A DNA stretch of 64,000 bases from a virus. The notes beneath the pieces were generated by a model that saw only the letters and a list, made by a program, of their open reading frames with translations, had not been told where the DNA came from and ran no database searches. The position numbers and the translations under genes are program-made. Every line of letters begins with the position of its first letter. Position 1 is the first letter of the stretch. Positions 17,814 to 28,123 of the stretch are shown here, one piece after another. The stretch lies in IMG/VR virus record IMGVR_UViG_3300031758_000006, one strand, 5' to 3'.

Positions 17814-18702
17814 GTTTATTTGTTTTACTAATTATATTACTTTTTTTTGACTTTGTCAAATTAGATTTAATATCCATATTAAGGATTAGGTCAATTGTTG
17901 ATTTATCAACCCTATATTCCACATATTTACGGTCCTCGGTTAATCTAACAATGATACACCCAAGTAGTTTTACGTTTTCATACTTTGACCCCTCCAACAT
18001 TTTCAATATTAATTTACCATACAGTGGTAATTGGGTTTTATAGTGTCCAAGTGCGTTGTTTGGTAAATACACAAACGGATATTTCATTGGTTTTGTATAC
18101 CTTTGGGTTAAGAAGTTTTTTTCTTGGTTTGTTTTCCAGTCAGTGATTAATATTCCAATCTCACCCTTAGTACTAACGACCAACCACACCTTATCCGGTT
18201 GTCCTGTATATCCAAGTTCTGGGTGACCAAGTACTATTTCGGTGTCAAGTAAAACACACCCCCTATCTTGTAGTAACTTGATATATTCTTTACCAGCTAT
18301 TATCATTGTGTCACTAACGATTATTTGTTGAGCGTCACAGTCAAATATTGGTTGTCTAACTTCCTTACTAATATTAAATTCTTTTAGGACGTGTTCCTCA
18401 AGGAAATAATGTACCCTGGATCCCATATTTGTTGATTTTCTACCTTTCTCAGCCCACTCATTTAATAATCTTTCAGTTTTGTCTGGATCACCACCGGACA
18501 TTTCATAAGCTTTTTCTTCCGACGGGAACTCATCGTAGAATAACTTCATAACCTTGGATACTGATGGGAAATCAGTTCTTAAATTACCGTCCAGATCAAC
18601 CATTGTATATTTATGTTCTTCTTCTTCAAAGGTCAATTGGAGTTCTTCCCTTTTTTTATTTAGAATTTCTCTAATTTCTTCAGCTATTTTTTCTATTTCC
18701 AT
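17806..18702 (-). CDS. PD-(D/E)XK exonuclease
   Basis: YTGQPD, ITDWKT, QLPLY motifs. Confidence 0.85.
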   Translation of the reverse strand: MEIEKIAEEIREILNKKREELQLTFEEEEHKYTMVDLDGNLRTDFPSVSKVMKLFYDEFPSEEKAYEMSGGDPDKTERLLNEWAEKGRKSTNMGSRVHYFLEEHVLKEFNISKEVRQPIFDCDAQQIIVSDTMIIAGKEYIKLLQDRGCVLLDTEIVLGHPELGYTGQPDKVWLVVSTKGEIGILITDWKTNQEKNFLTQRYTKPMKYPFVYLPNNALGHYKTQLPLYGKLILKMLEGSKYENVKLLGCIIVRLTEDRKYVEYRVDKSTIDLILNMDIKSNLTKSKKSNIISKTNKHE

Positions 18703-18704
18703 AT

Positions 18705-19607
18705 TTAATCTTTAATTTGTATAAAGTATTCTTCTATATTACCCCCAAGATCACAAACGTCTTTATCTTGTGGTAACTTCACTATTTTTATCTTTTCGTA
18801 CAGTTTACCTCCGTTTAATTGTCTATATAATTTAACCGCGTTGTTAAAAGCGTCACCATCTAAAGCGATTATCACATTACCTTCAGCTTTTTCGTATATT
18901 TTTTCAAATAATAACTCCGACATGTGTTTACCTAACATGGGTATTGAGTTGTCTAGAAAAAACCCATCGAATACCCCCTCAACCAGGTATATATCTTTTT
19001 TCCAGTCGATTAGTCTCTCGTTGAAGATGATCTTATCTTTTTCAGCTTCTGGGTTCTTATATTTAAATTTAGTTCTTGGGTCCCAACTTCTAGCGATATA
19101 GTAGTTTAAATTTCCCTTTTTATCGTATGACGGGACAATTATTCTACCGGAATGACTACCTTGGTCACAAAAACCAATATTATATTTTTCAATTATTTCA
19201 TCTGTTATCCCCCTATTTTTTAAATAATTGTACGCTTGTCGTCTAACTGGGTATACCGGGTTTGATTCACTAAACTTTGTGTATGATTCGGGTAATACCA
19301 TTTTTTGGTATTTTTTCTTTACTGGAACAATACTCTCCGGTCTTAAAATACCATATAATTTTTTATGGGATTTATTCCCATATTTAGAAAATAACTTGTT
19401 TAATGACCCGTGAGTGTCTTCACTATCACCACAGGACCAGCATTTATATACCCCCGTAATGTAATTTACCTCCAGGTTGTGTTTGTCTCTCCCATCATCA
19501 CAAACAGGACAATTAAACGATATTTGACCTTTGTTTTCATAGTGTAGTCCATAGTCACCAAGAACTTCCATTAATAAATCAACTATAGCTTCTTGTTCAT
19601 CAACCAT
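18705..19607 (-). CDS. DNA primase (Zn finger + Toprim)
   Basis: CPVCD..H..CWSCG, VEGVFD, ALDGDA. Confidence 0.9.
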   Translation of the reverse strand: MVDEQEAIVDLLMEVLGDYGLHYENKGQISFNCPVCDDGRDKHNLEVNYITGVYKCWSCGDSEDTHGSLNKLFSKYGNKSHKKLYGILRPESIVPVKKKYQKMVLPESYTKFSESNPVYPVRRQAYNYLKNRGITDEIIEKYNIGFCDQGSHSGRIIVPSYDKKGNLNYYIARSWDPRTKFKYKNPEAEKDKIIFNERLIDWKKDIYLVEGVFDGFFLDNSIPMLGKHMSELLFEKIYEKAEGNVIIALDGDAFNNAVKLYRQLNGGKLYEKIKIVKLPQDKDVCDLGGNIEEYFIQIKD

Positions 19608-19621
19608 TTTAAAGTTTTTTA

Positions 19622-19653
19622 CAAAAATATATATTTAATTCCAATAAAACAAA
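19622..19653 (-). promoter_or_regulatory. Bacteroidota sigmaA promoter TTTG-N20-TATTTTTG
   Basis: plus caaa 19650-19653, caaaaata 19622-19629; heads the primase-to-sigma run. Confidence 0.7.
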
Positions 19654-19706
19654 ACTTCACAAGTTTTTTCTTATTTCTATATTTATTATAAACACAAATA
19701 GTATTA

Positions 19707-19928
19707 ATGCCAACCAGTATTACATTAACATCAGTTTCAGGTTTATCACCATTTCACATATACGTCTGTGATACCGGTTTTACATCTTGTATTTATGTTA
19801 ATACGGTGACACCAATTGATATTCCATATCAAATAGGTATACCACCATTATTTTCATCACTATCAAATGTTGTCGTAAAAGTAGTCGACACAAATGATTG
19901 TGAAATTAAACAAACCGTTTTAATTTGA
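19707..19928 (+). CDS. Small Cys-containing beta protein, putative virion accessory; paralog of 29354-29656
   Basis: IYVC..G...C..V.T...PY.I.IP..F...VVKVVD..DC pattern; TATTTAT at 19680-19686. Confidence 0.75.
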   Translation: MPTSITLTSVSGLSPFHIYVCDTGFTSCIYVNTVTPIDIPYQIGIPPLFSSLSNVVVKVVDTNDCEIKQTVLI

Positions 19929-21796
19929 TGTCTGTATCTTGTGGACCATATTGTATATACGTACCTGGTTACCCATATAGTGGGAATTATACTAATGCTG
20001 GTACATATGATACATATTCATACTTAACTGGTAACACAACACCAACATATTACATGTACTATTTAACTGGTGAAACAAAGTGGTGTTTATCAACAGTACT
20101 TGGTGGTTCAATTTGTGATCAATTTGGTCCATTGGGTTCAACTTCATTGTGTCCCGATTTTGATCCATCCTTTTTTAATGGTAGTGGCGTTTGTTTGACA
20201 CCGACACCAACACCGACAGTTAATTGTAGTATTCTTGATTTTGATTCAATATTAAATTGTTTTGTACCTGTTACACCAACACCGACCGCTACCCCAACTG
20301 TCACACCAACAAACACACCAACACCAACAGAGACGGATTTATGTGGTGGTTTTGGTATTAATTTAACAGTTTCCTACATAACCTCGACTCCAACACCAAC
20401 CCCAACACCAACCCCAACAGTTACACCAGAAATTACAAGGCCTTGTAATTTTAATGGTCAGGTAATTTTTAATACTTTAGATGAGTTAATGCGTTGTCCA
20501 AATAGTAGTGAATTTGTTGATTGTTATACGGGTCAAAAATATATCACATCAGAATCTGTATTTTTACCAACTGGGGATATTCTAACAATTGGTACAGTGT
20601 ATAAGATGAACGTTAATAGTGTTTCAGTATGTGCGACATTTACCGGATTGGTTGACAATATAATCGGTGTTGATCAAATTACTATTATATCGGTATTTGG
20701 ACCATCTAGTGAGGGTAATTGTATTGTTTGTGTTCCGGATTCAACACCGACACCGACACCGACAGTTACACAAACAATGACACCAACACCATCAACAACA
20801 CTTCCGGTGTGTCTTGAGTTAATAGTATCTAACACAATACCGTTTGAATCTTCATTCCAATACCACGATTGTATTTCTGGAGAATTAATCACACAATCAA
20901 TCGGTCCAAATGGATCAATAACAATATGTACCAAAAAAGAACCTTCCGGTCCATCTAACATATCTTGGGATCCAACAGGTGTTAACTGTTATCCGACAAC
21001 ACCAACACCGACACCGACAAGGACAATGACACCAACCCCAACAATGACACAAACACAAACCCCAACAATTACTCCTAGTCAAACACCACCACCATGTATG
21101 TTTATGATGACAATTGATACAAGGATAACAAATCCATCGACAAGCCCTGGAAATAGATTTAAATTCCCTAACACACCGGGTTGGGTTGACGTAACCGTTG
21201 AGTGGGGTGATGGTAGTACTGATGTATTTGGTGGTGGGTCACATGTAGCTCATATCTACCCAATTGGTGATATTTACCAATTAAAAATTTACGCGAACCC
21301 TGGTGGGTCTGTGGTTGGTTTAAACTTTGGTGTTGGTAGTAGTGATGAAATAAAAATATTAAGTATCGACTCTTGGTGTGGATTTATACCTACTGAGAAT
21401 GATAACTTACTTGGTGCTGACAATTTGGATATGTCATCAACTATTGGTGTTCCTAATATTCCTCTTGCTATTTCAACTGGAAATATCGGTTCCCTTTGGA
21501 ATATGTTTCAGGGTACTTCAGTTACTAATATTAATAACGTTGGGTCTTGGGACATCTCAGGTCTAGATATTATAGACTGGGGTAACGGTGGTGGTCCTGG
21601 TACTGGTATAAATTTAACACCGACTAATTATAGTTCACTCTTAATAGGTTGGGCTTCTTTAGGTTCCTCATTATCGGTGGGTACATACTTTGATGCTGGT
21701 ACATCACAATATAATAATGTACCGGTAGTTGTAGCTGCTAGAAATTATCTAATCCTAACAAAAGGATGGACAATAATCGATGGTGGGCCAATATAA
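19925..21796 (+). CDS. Thr/Pro-repeat, Cys-rich putative virion fibre/decoration protein with C-terminal DUF285/BspA-like module
   Basis: five (TP)n tracts; VEWGDG, ILSIDSW, NMFQG, VGSWDIS, NYSSLLIGWA, AARNYLI..GWTIIDGG. Confidence 0.8.
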   Translation: MMSVSCGPYCIYVPGYPYSGNYTNAGTYDTYSYLTGNTTPTYYMYYLTGETKWCLSTVLGGSICDQFGPLGSTSLCPDFDPSFFNGSGVCLTPTPTPTVNCSILDFDSILNCFVPVTPTPTATPTVTPTNTPTPTETDLCGGFGINLTVSYITSTPTPTPTPTPTVTPEITRPCNFNGQVIFNTLDELMRCPNSSEFVDCYTGQKYITSESVFLPTGDILTIGTVYKMNVNSVSVCATFTGLVDNIIGVDQITIISVFGPSSEGNCIVCVPDSTPTPTPTVTQTMTPTPSTTLPVCLELIVSNTIPFESSFQYHDCISGELITQSIGPNGSITICTKKEPSGPSNISWDPTGVNCYPTTPTPTPTRTMTPTPTMTQTQTPTITPSQTPPPCMFMMTIDTRITNPSTSPGNRFKFPNTPGWVDVTVEWGDGSTDVFGGGSHVAHIYPIGDIYQLKIYANPGGSVVGLNFGVGSSDEIKILSIDSWCGFIPTENDNLLGADNLDMSSTIGVPNIPLAISTGNIGSLWNMFQGTSVTNINNVGSWDISGLDIIDWGNGGGPGTGINLTPTNYSSLLIGWASLGSSLSVGTYFDAGTSQYNNVPVVVAARNYLILTKGWTIIDGGPI

Positions 21797-21800
21797 AAAA

Positions 21801-21826
21801 AAATATCGTCTAAAAAGACGATATTT
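21801..21826. terminator. Hairpin at convergent gene ends (bidirectional terminator candidate)
   Basis: AAATATCGTCT-AAAA-AGACGATATTT perfect 11-bp stem, preceded by an A run. Confidence 0.8.
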
Positions 21827-21851
21827 CAAATTATCATTATTTTAGACGATA

Positions 21852-22454
21852 TTATTTCCAAATCTCATTGGACTTCATATATCCTAGAACACAAGTGTAA
21901 GCGTCTGTCTGGTCGAAATTTTCCTTTTTTAGTGTGTTGTTTTTAGTGTATAACCACCTTATTTGTGGTTCTCTTTTAGCCACATGTTCCCAAATGATCA
22001 TTTTTTTATCAATATCTTTAGGTAACCCACCAAATAAGACGAATTTCTTTTTGTCGTTTTCTTGTACTAATTCCGGGAACGCGAATTTTCTTGAGTTATA
22101 TGTCGATATAAATTCTGGTATGATACCTAATATATTATATATTTCTTTAAAGATGAAACTATTAAACCTTAATAGTGTCTGAATTGTATATATATTGTTA
22201 GAATTTAATAATGGTTCCTCAATTATAACTTTAACAATTCCCAAATTTTTATATTCTTTTAATTTTTCTGAGAATATTTCAGATTTAAGTATCAATTCTT
22301 TTAACTTATCGTCGGGTACCGGTTTTGGTCTTGGTGATACGTGTGTCAACTCCAACAACTCTTGTGTTTTTATCTCAAATAGAGCCCAACCTATCGTTTT
22401 TGTTGATATATCTAGTCCCAAAACCTTCGGACTATTCTTAATACTTTTTGACAT
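21852..22454 (-). CDS. RuvC-like Holliday junction resolvase
   Basis: VLGLDISTKTIGW, IIEEP, DQTDA. Confidence 0.8.
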   Translation of the reverse strand: MSKSIKNSPKVLGLDISTKTIGWALFEIKTQELLELTHVSPRPKPVPDDKLKELILKSEIFSEKLKEYKNLGIVKVIIEEPLLNSNNIYTIQTLLRFNSFIFKEIYNILGIIPEFISTYNSRKFAFPELVQENDKKKFVLFGGLPKDIDKKMIIWEHVAKREPQIRWLYTKNNTLKKENFDQTDAYTCVLGYMKSNEIWK

Positions 22455-22507
22455 AATATTCTTTTTAATTTAAAAATAATATATATCGAAAAAAAATGAA
22501 TAATTTA

Positions 22508-25126
22508 TTAAAAATCTATTTTAACCAAATACTGTTGTATACCGGTTCTTAGTGTTGGTGATTGTAGTTTCGACATAACAAGTATATCTTTATTCTCATC
22601 CAATAGAGCTATTTCGGTAATATAAGATTTGGTTCCTGGGGTCCAGGTTGGGTTTGTTGTGTTTTGGAATTCAGTATCATTCAGATTTATCTTATACCTC
22701 ATCTCGTAAATTGTGGCTTGAATGTCTGACTCCAGTGATCCGTAAAAATAATATTCATCACCAAAATTTAAATTCAAACCGGTCGTTCCGTTAGGTACCA
22801 ATTCAACATAATCATTTAGGTTATAATACGGTGCTGTGTTATATAATTCGGGTGTAATTATAAATGTAGTCCCGGTAAGTGAAGTCTCCGTAACATACCC
22901 ATTTAAGAATTGATCTGAAATCGCTGATGTATAATCAATTATTTTCCAAAGTGATGAATCAGGTCTTTGACCTGTAGGTACTAATTGACATATAATTTCA
23001 AATGTATCAGCGTAATATCCGTTTGGAATGTCACAGGTTGTTGGACAAATTGTTGTTGTTTCGGTGACAACAGGATTAATTGTTGTTGTGGTGGTGACTG
23101 GTACATAGTCAGGTTGTGTTAAACATTGGAATTCCCCACCAAATCTAATCGCTACGTTTTTTGAAGTTTCTGGAGTACATATGTTACTTTCTGTTATTTT
23201 TGAGTAATAATTACAGTGTAGGGAGTTTGTGAAGTCCACAGTGTTTGATAACCTATATGTAACATACAACGTTTGACTACTACCTGTAATAATACCAGTT
23301 AAACTAGTTGTTATATCGCATGTATTTGGTGTTATTAGTGATATTTGTGGTGCTGGTAGTGTCCAATTCCTATTTGATTTGTATGACATAGCAGCTACCA
23401 ACTCTTCGTCATCAATTACCACCATTTTATTGTCTGGGAATACTTTACCAACTCTATTTGGTATACCATCAGAATTAGGGTTTGTGTCCCATAAATGGTA
23501 ATATCTAATTCCTGGTTGATTCATATCTGAATTCTTCTTGGATTTAATGTATTGTACCTTAAATAGGTCTTTATCATCAAATCCAGGTGGGTCAACCCAA
23601 AAAGTTTCACCAAAACAACATTCAGGGTTTTTGTGCCACATTAACCACGGAACATGGAATTTAAAATTCCTAGCTTGACCGGTAGTGTCCTGTGGGTTTG
23701 TTGGGTCGTATGGTTCCAACGCAAACTTTTCACCATAAAATAAATCTATGGTCTGGTTGGTGTAGTGTACTATTGAGACACATTTTTGTTCTTCTGGTTT
23801 AACCTCAATAATCTCATCAAATGAATTATAATAAAATGTTCTACTTGTATCTGACTGTCCCAAACTAGAGTTATAACCCAAATACTCTTTTGTACCTATG
23901 TAATCAATCGATCCAAACTTGGTATAATCCTCAAAAGTGTTATAATTTAATCCAGCTGGATTCTCCGTCCATGGAATATTCATATTCCAAATTTTAACAT
24001 CAAACTCATCAATATCACAAACAGTTTCAAAATTAATAGCGTCCGTACTCCAGTGTGGTCTAGGTGTTACACTGTCATATAAAGTCGTCATATTTGGTGG
24101 GTATATCAACGTTCTAGCGATACATCCAGGTAATAACCCAAGTAAATTTGGTGTTGGTCTATCTAAAGTTAACTTATTACCACAAACACCAACTATTTTA
24201 TAGGTTAGGATTGGATAACATGAATTTAATGACACTAAACAACTAACTTCTGGTTCTGGTGGACACACAGGTCTTGGACTTGGTGACAAACAAGGTGTTT
24301 TGGTTGGTGTAGGTGTTGGGGAAGGTGATATACAAGGGTAATCTTTTGTTGAACTTGGTGTGGGTGTTGGTGTGGGTGTTGGTGTTGGTGATGTTTCGGG
24401 TGATCCTAAACCATTTCCACCCCCATTTCCAATACCTAATGATGATTCATCACAATAAATTAAATTATCGTCATTTTCGGTCATTAGATTCTCAGTTAAT
24501 TCTGTTAAAATGTTACATGAGTCTATTGTCGGTGTTGGACTTGGTGTGGGTACTGGTAAATTTGTACATTCACAGTTATATGATGACTTTCCATCATAAA
24601 AAATAGTTATTATATCACCAACACTTGGTTTTTTAATGTTTGTTGTATTACAACCAGAGTATATGACATCAATAGTATTTGACCCGTCGAGTTTTGACAT
24701 GTCAACAACGTAGTTTGCACTTATAACATACCTATCACTAGTTAAAGCACTCCAACTAATTGTGTCAGCTGTTGTGTTCCCGGTAAAAAATCCTCTTAAT
24801 GGTGCTCTGTTATACACAGAATCAACCACCGAATCCATATATGGTATACCATATGTATTCCCACTAGTACCGTCAACAAAATATGGATATTTTATACTGT
24901 GTTTTGTTGATTGTGGAATACCTGTACTATTTTGTGTGTTAAATGGTGGTTCAAGTACATAACTATTGGGGTAGTTATATAACTCTGGTAGTTTGTTGTA
25001 CGATATTTCACTATCACCGATTTGGAAATACTTTATATTGAAGTTGCCCTGGGATAGTTTCTGTCTACCGGTATCTGTTACTCTGGTATTTACCAAACCA
25101 CTTGTATTTTTAATTATGTACGCCAT
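22508..25126 (-). CDS. Baseplate/tail structural protein with Pro/Thr/Ser tracts
   Basis: TDTGRQKL..YFQIGDSEISY N-terminus, ITEIALLDEN...KL.SP C-terminus, SPTPTPTP/SPSP/TTTTT inserts. Confidence 0.7.
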   Translation of the reverse strand: MAYIIKNTSGLVNTRVTDTGRQKLSQGNFNIKYFQIGDSEISYNKLPELYNYPNSYVLEPPFNTQNSTGIPQSTKHSIKYPYFVDGTSGNTYGIPYMDSVVDSVYNRAPLRGFFTGNTTADTISWSALTSDRYVISANYVVDMSKLDGSNTIDVIYSGCNTTNIKKPSVGDIITIFYDGKSSYNCECTNLPVPTPSPTPTIDSCNILTELTENLMTENDDNLIYCDESSLGIGNGGGNGLGSPETSPTPTPTPTPTPSSTKDYPCISPSPTPTPTKTPCLSPSPRPVCPPEPEVSCLVSLNSCYPILTYKIVGVCGNKLTLDRPTPNLLGLLPGCIARTLIYPPNMTTLYDSVTPRPHWSTDAINFETVCDIDEFDVKIWNMNIPWTENPAGLNYNTFEDYTKFGSIDYIGTKEYLGYNSSLGQSDTSRTFYYNSFDEIIEVKPEEQKCVSIVHYTNQTIDLFYGEKFALEPYDPTNPQDTTGQARNFKFHVPWLMWHKNPECCFGETFWVDPPGFDDKDLFKVQYIKSKKNSDMNQPGIRYYHLWDTNPNSDGIPNRVGKVFPDNKMVVIDDEELVAAMSYKSNRNWTLPAPQISLITPNTCDITTSLTGIITGSSQTLYVTYRLSNTVDFTNSLHCNYYSKITESNICTPETSKNVAIRFGGEFQCLTQPDYVPVTTTTTINPVVTETTTICPTTCDIPNGYYADTFEIICQLVPTGQRPDSSLWKIIDYTSAISDQFLNGYVTETSLTGTTFIITPELYNTAPYYNLNDYVELVPNGTTGLNLNFGDEYYFYGSLESDIQATIYEMRYKINLNDTEFQNTTNPTWTPGTKSYITEIALLDENKDILVMSKLQSPTLRTGIQQYLVKIDF

Positions 25127-25140
25127 TTACGAATAAATAT

Positions 25141-27087
25141 TTAGAATATCTTTTTAGGTGGATTATTGACCAAAATTTCACAACAATCACAATTGGTAAC
25201 ATCTACCGTACCGATGGATAAAGACATACTCAAATTGTTTCCTTTACAGAACCCAATATTTGGTGTTAAAATGTCGTCGGTATATGTTCCAGTTATGGTG
25301 TTATTTCCGGTTATAACAAATGTTCCGGATCTATTATAGATTTCCTGGATACCAGTGAATAACGGTGGACAACCATTTAATGATGGTATTATAGCTGACG
25401 TACCGGAATCTATTGGTAATTGACCATAACCATTAACTGTCACCACACAATCGTATGTTGGTACCGGATCAATAGCTCTTTTCCAATATTTAAATACACT
25501 TTGTTGGTTTAATTCAAATGATATTGATGTCCCAATTGGTAGTGGGTTATCCAGTGATATTGTAAATGAATTTGTATTTACATCTAATGATAATGTTAGG
25601 TTATAGACCGATGTTGGTGCTGGTACTAATGTAGCTGTTGTGTTACTCACACTTCCTGTTGAATCTTTTACAAAGATCAAATAAGTTCCTGGTGATAGGT
25701 TCATAAATGTTGGTGCTAATTGATATGTCACTCCTCCATTTATTGAATATTCATATGGTGGTACACCTGTCGTTGCGTTAATAATTATACTACCATCATT
25801 ACCACATATTGGTTGACTTTCAACTACTTTGAAGTTTATTATTGATAGTGGTTTACACTGACCCACATTAACAATTACTGAGGATATTATTGACGCTCCA
25901 ACTGGTTGCCACCCAACGACTGGTGGTGTGACTGGATTTGAGTTTACGAATTGTCCAGGGAATGGTCCGTCAATAATCCAATTGGATGTTATTCCTGTGT
26001 TCCAATATAATTCATAATCACCACCTAGTGATAACCATTGTTGTTGACCATTTATTAATCCATTAGGGTATAATACTTCTTGATAAACCGTGTCTTTAAT
26101 CTCATATTCGTTTGTTATTAGATTGAATATTGCTATCGACTGAATATATGTTAAACATAAGGTTTCACCAAACGGTATTGTTGTTGTTGTGGTTACAGGT
26201 ATAAGTGTTGTTGTTGTAGTTACTTGTGATTCTAAAATACAGGTTGTTCTAACAATAAAATCACCATAATAATCGGTAACAGTTGCTGGATATTCACCAA
26301 CATTTAAATCACTTAACACCGTACTAACACTTCCATTTTCCCAATTTATTTGGTATGGTGGGGTTCCACCTGTAATTACCAATGTTAATAGACCATCAAA
26401 AGATGTATTGGTTGACGGGTCTACCGATAAACATTTAACACCCATGGGATATAATGTAAGTACGTCACACTCATTACCTCGTTTAATTGGTATTGGGTTT
26501 GGTTTAAAATATGGTATTGTTGTGGTTGTGGTTACATGTGGTATTTGAGTGGGTGTTGGGGTTGGTGTTGGGGTTGGTGTGGGTGACGGTGATATTGGTG
26601 GTTGTGGACACGGGTTTGATTGTTCACATAATACACAATGATAATATAAAACCTCATCAAACGATAATGTTGTCACATCCACATATAGGTCTGGATCACA
26701 ACTATAGATTGGTGGACTCTGGTTATTACCAAAACTAACCAATTCAAAACAACCACTAAAATTTTGGTTTGGGTTTGATGATGATATGGCTTGATTAAAA
26801 TAATACGTTTGTCCAATTGTGGCCGAACTAAACACTGGGGAGGTACTTACCCCCTTAAAGGATATTAGTTCCCCATCACAACAACCACTAAAACAATATG
26901 TGGTGTCTGTCTTATTATAAAATGATACAGTAACGTCAAGTGATGGTGATGTTACTGAAAATGAAAATAAAAAATAGGTCAGACTTGGTTGTAGGTTAAT
27001 AACCTTCGACGTACCGTATCCATCAACAAAATTAAATCCGTTATAAACTGTTGTTCCGGTATTTTTAACCGACCATATAGCACCCAT
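25141..27087 (-). CDS. Putative virion protein with SprB-like repeats and PT/TTTTT tracts
   Basis: TGGTPPYQINW, ATTGVPPYEYSING, SPSPTPTPTPTPT, three TTTTT runs. Confidence 0.75.
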   Translation of the reverse strand: MGAIWSVKNTGTTVYNGFNFVDGYGTSKVINLQPSLTYFLFSFSVTSPSLDVTVSFYNKTDTTYCFSGCCDGELISFKGVSTSPVFSSATIGQTYYFNQAISSSNPNQNFSGCFELVSFGNNQSPPIYSCDPDLYVDVTTLSFDEVLYYHCVLCEQSNPCPQPPISPSPTPTPTPTPTPTQIPHVTTTTTIPYFKPNPIPIKRGNECDVLTLYPMGVKCLSVDPSTNTSFDGLLTLVITGGTPPYQINWENGSVSTVLSDLNVGEYPATVTDYYGDFIVRTTCILESQVTTTTTLIPVTTTTTIPFGETLCLTYIQSIAIFNLITNEYEIKDTVYQEVLYPNGLINGQQQWLSLGGDYELYWNTGITSNWIIDGPFPGQFVNSNPVTPPVVGWQPVGASIISSVIVNVGQCKPLSIINFKVVESQPICGNDGSIIINATTGVPPYEYSINGGVTYQLAPTFMNLSPGTYLIFVKDSTGSVSNTTATLVPAPTSVYNLTLSLDVNTNSFTISLDNPLPIGTSISFELNQQSVFKYWKRAIDPVPTYDCVVTVNGYGQLPIDSGTSAIIPSLNGCPPLFTGIQEIYNRSGTFVITGNNTITGTYTDDILTPNIGFCKGNNLSMSLSIGTVDVTNCDCCEILVNNPPKKIF

Positions 27088-27116
27088 AGTGTTTTATTTA
27101 ATAAATAATCGTTTTT

Positions 27117-28088
27117 TTATTTTTTTAAGTATGACTTCATCACTTCTATGTATTTTATTGTGGAACTTTCCGGATCTATATAATCAAAATGTCTAATATC
27201 TTCCGATAATTTAACTAAAGGGTCGACATTAATGTAATCCCCTTTGTAGAATTTTGTACTTTTTAAATTTTCGGTAACACCAGCCATGTGTAATATTGGT
27301 GATTTTTCATATTTTTCTATTGTGTCAGTAGCCCAGGAAAAATCTAACTTATCGGTAACTTTAGTCTCAACATTATGTAACCATAAATTCCATAACAATG
27401 ACCACATTTCCGCTGTCCAAAACTGTATTTGACCTGGGTTTATTGGGAATCTTTTTTGGTAATCCATCATTTGATCGTATAGTGGTGTACAATCACAATA
27501 TATTTTACACCACAAATCACTATTCGTATTTTTAATTAAGTATTGACCACCACCTGAATTTTCCTGATTATCTTTTATTACATTAATGTCAATCCCAACA
27601 ACCTCAGCCATTTCCTCAAATAATTCATTTTTGTAAGTACTAATGTGTTGGTTTTCGTATTTACGACAACAACTTATTATATACTCATACCCAATGTATG
27701 AAATTGTATTTGACATGTATGTTATACCATCTTTCAATAATGAATCAAAATCTGGAAGTTCTCTGAAAATAATATCAGCGTCATGTAGAAAAAATAAGTC
27801 ACCTCGACTTTCATCTTCTTTAATCCATTTATGTATTAGAAATGGTTTAATACTGGGTATGTATGATTTTTTTTCCCTATCATCAATATAAAAGTGTACA
27901 TTAACACCCATGTCCCTTAATTTTTCACCTTCTTCTGAGGGTGTGTGGTTACCGTTAACTAATCCAAAAATTATATGAATATTTTCAGGTTTAATCCCGT
28001 TTTGTATGAAATTATGAACATATACCTTGGATTGCCAATGGAAGTATGGGACATCTGGTTGTGCCGTTACAAATAGAATATCTTTCAT
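27117..28088 (-). CDS. GT-A glycosyltransferase resembling peptidyl O-glycosyltransferases (GT96 SGT1 / GT95 HPAT-like)
   Basis: YFHWQ, YIPSIKP, LHDADIIFR (DxD), SGGG, WTAEM in the same order as recalled plant SGT1 motifs YFDWQ, YPAINKP, ILDADMIIR, VGG, WISEM; no signal peptide. Confidence 0.65.
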   Translation of the reverse strand: MKDILFVTAQPDVPYFHWQSKVYVHNFIQNGIKPENIHIIFGLVNGNHTPSEEGEKLRDMGVNVHFYIDDREKKSYIPSIKPFLIHKWIKEDESRGDLFFLHDADIIFRELPDFDSLLKDGITYMSNTISYIGYEYIISCCRKYENQHISTYKNELFEEMAEVVGIDINVIKDNQENSGGGQYLIKNTNSDLWCKIYCDCTPLYDQMMDYQKRFPINPGQIQFWTAEMWSLLWNLWLHNVETKVTDKLDFSWATDTIEKYEKSPILHMAGVTENLKSTKFYKGDYINVDPLVKLSEDIRHFDYIDPESSTIKYIEVMKSYLKK

Positions 28089-28123
28089 AAATAAAATATA
28101 TTTGTAAAATGAACAAAGTGAAC

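Noticed and set aside
20190-21100. Repeats as a CRISPR array or ncRNA array
   Set aside because: Units are 6-bp in-frame coding (Thr-Pro) with no constant repeat/unique spacer pattern.
28097-28104. Plus-strand TATATTTG as an antisense Bacteroidota promoter
   Set aside because: No TTTG element 19-21 nt upstream; likely chance in AT-rich DNA.
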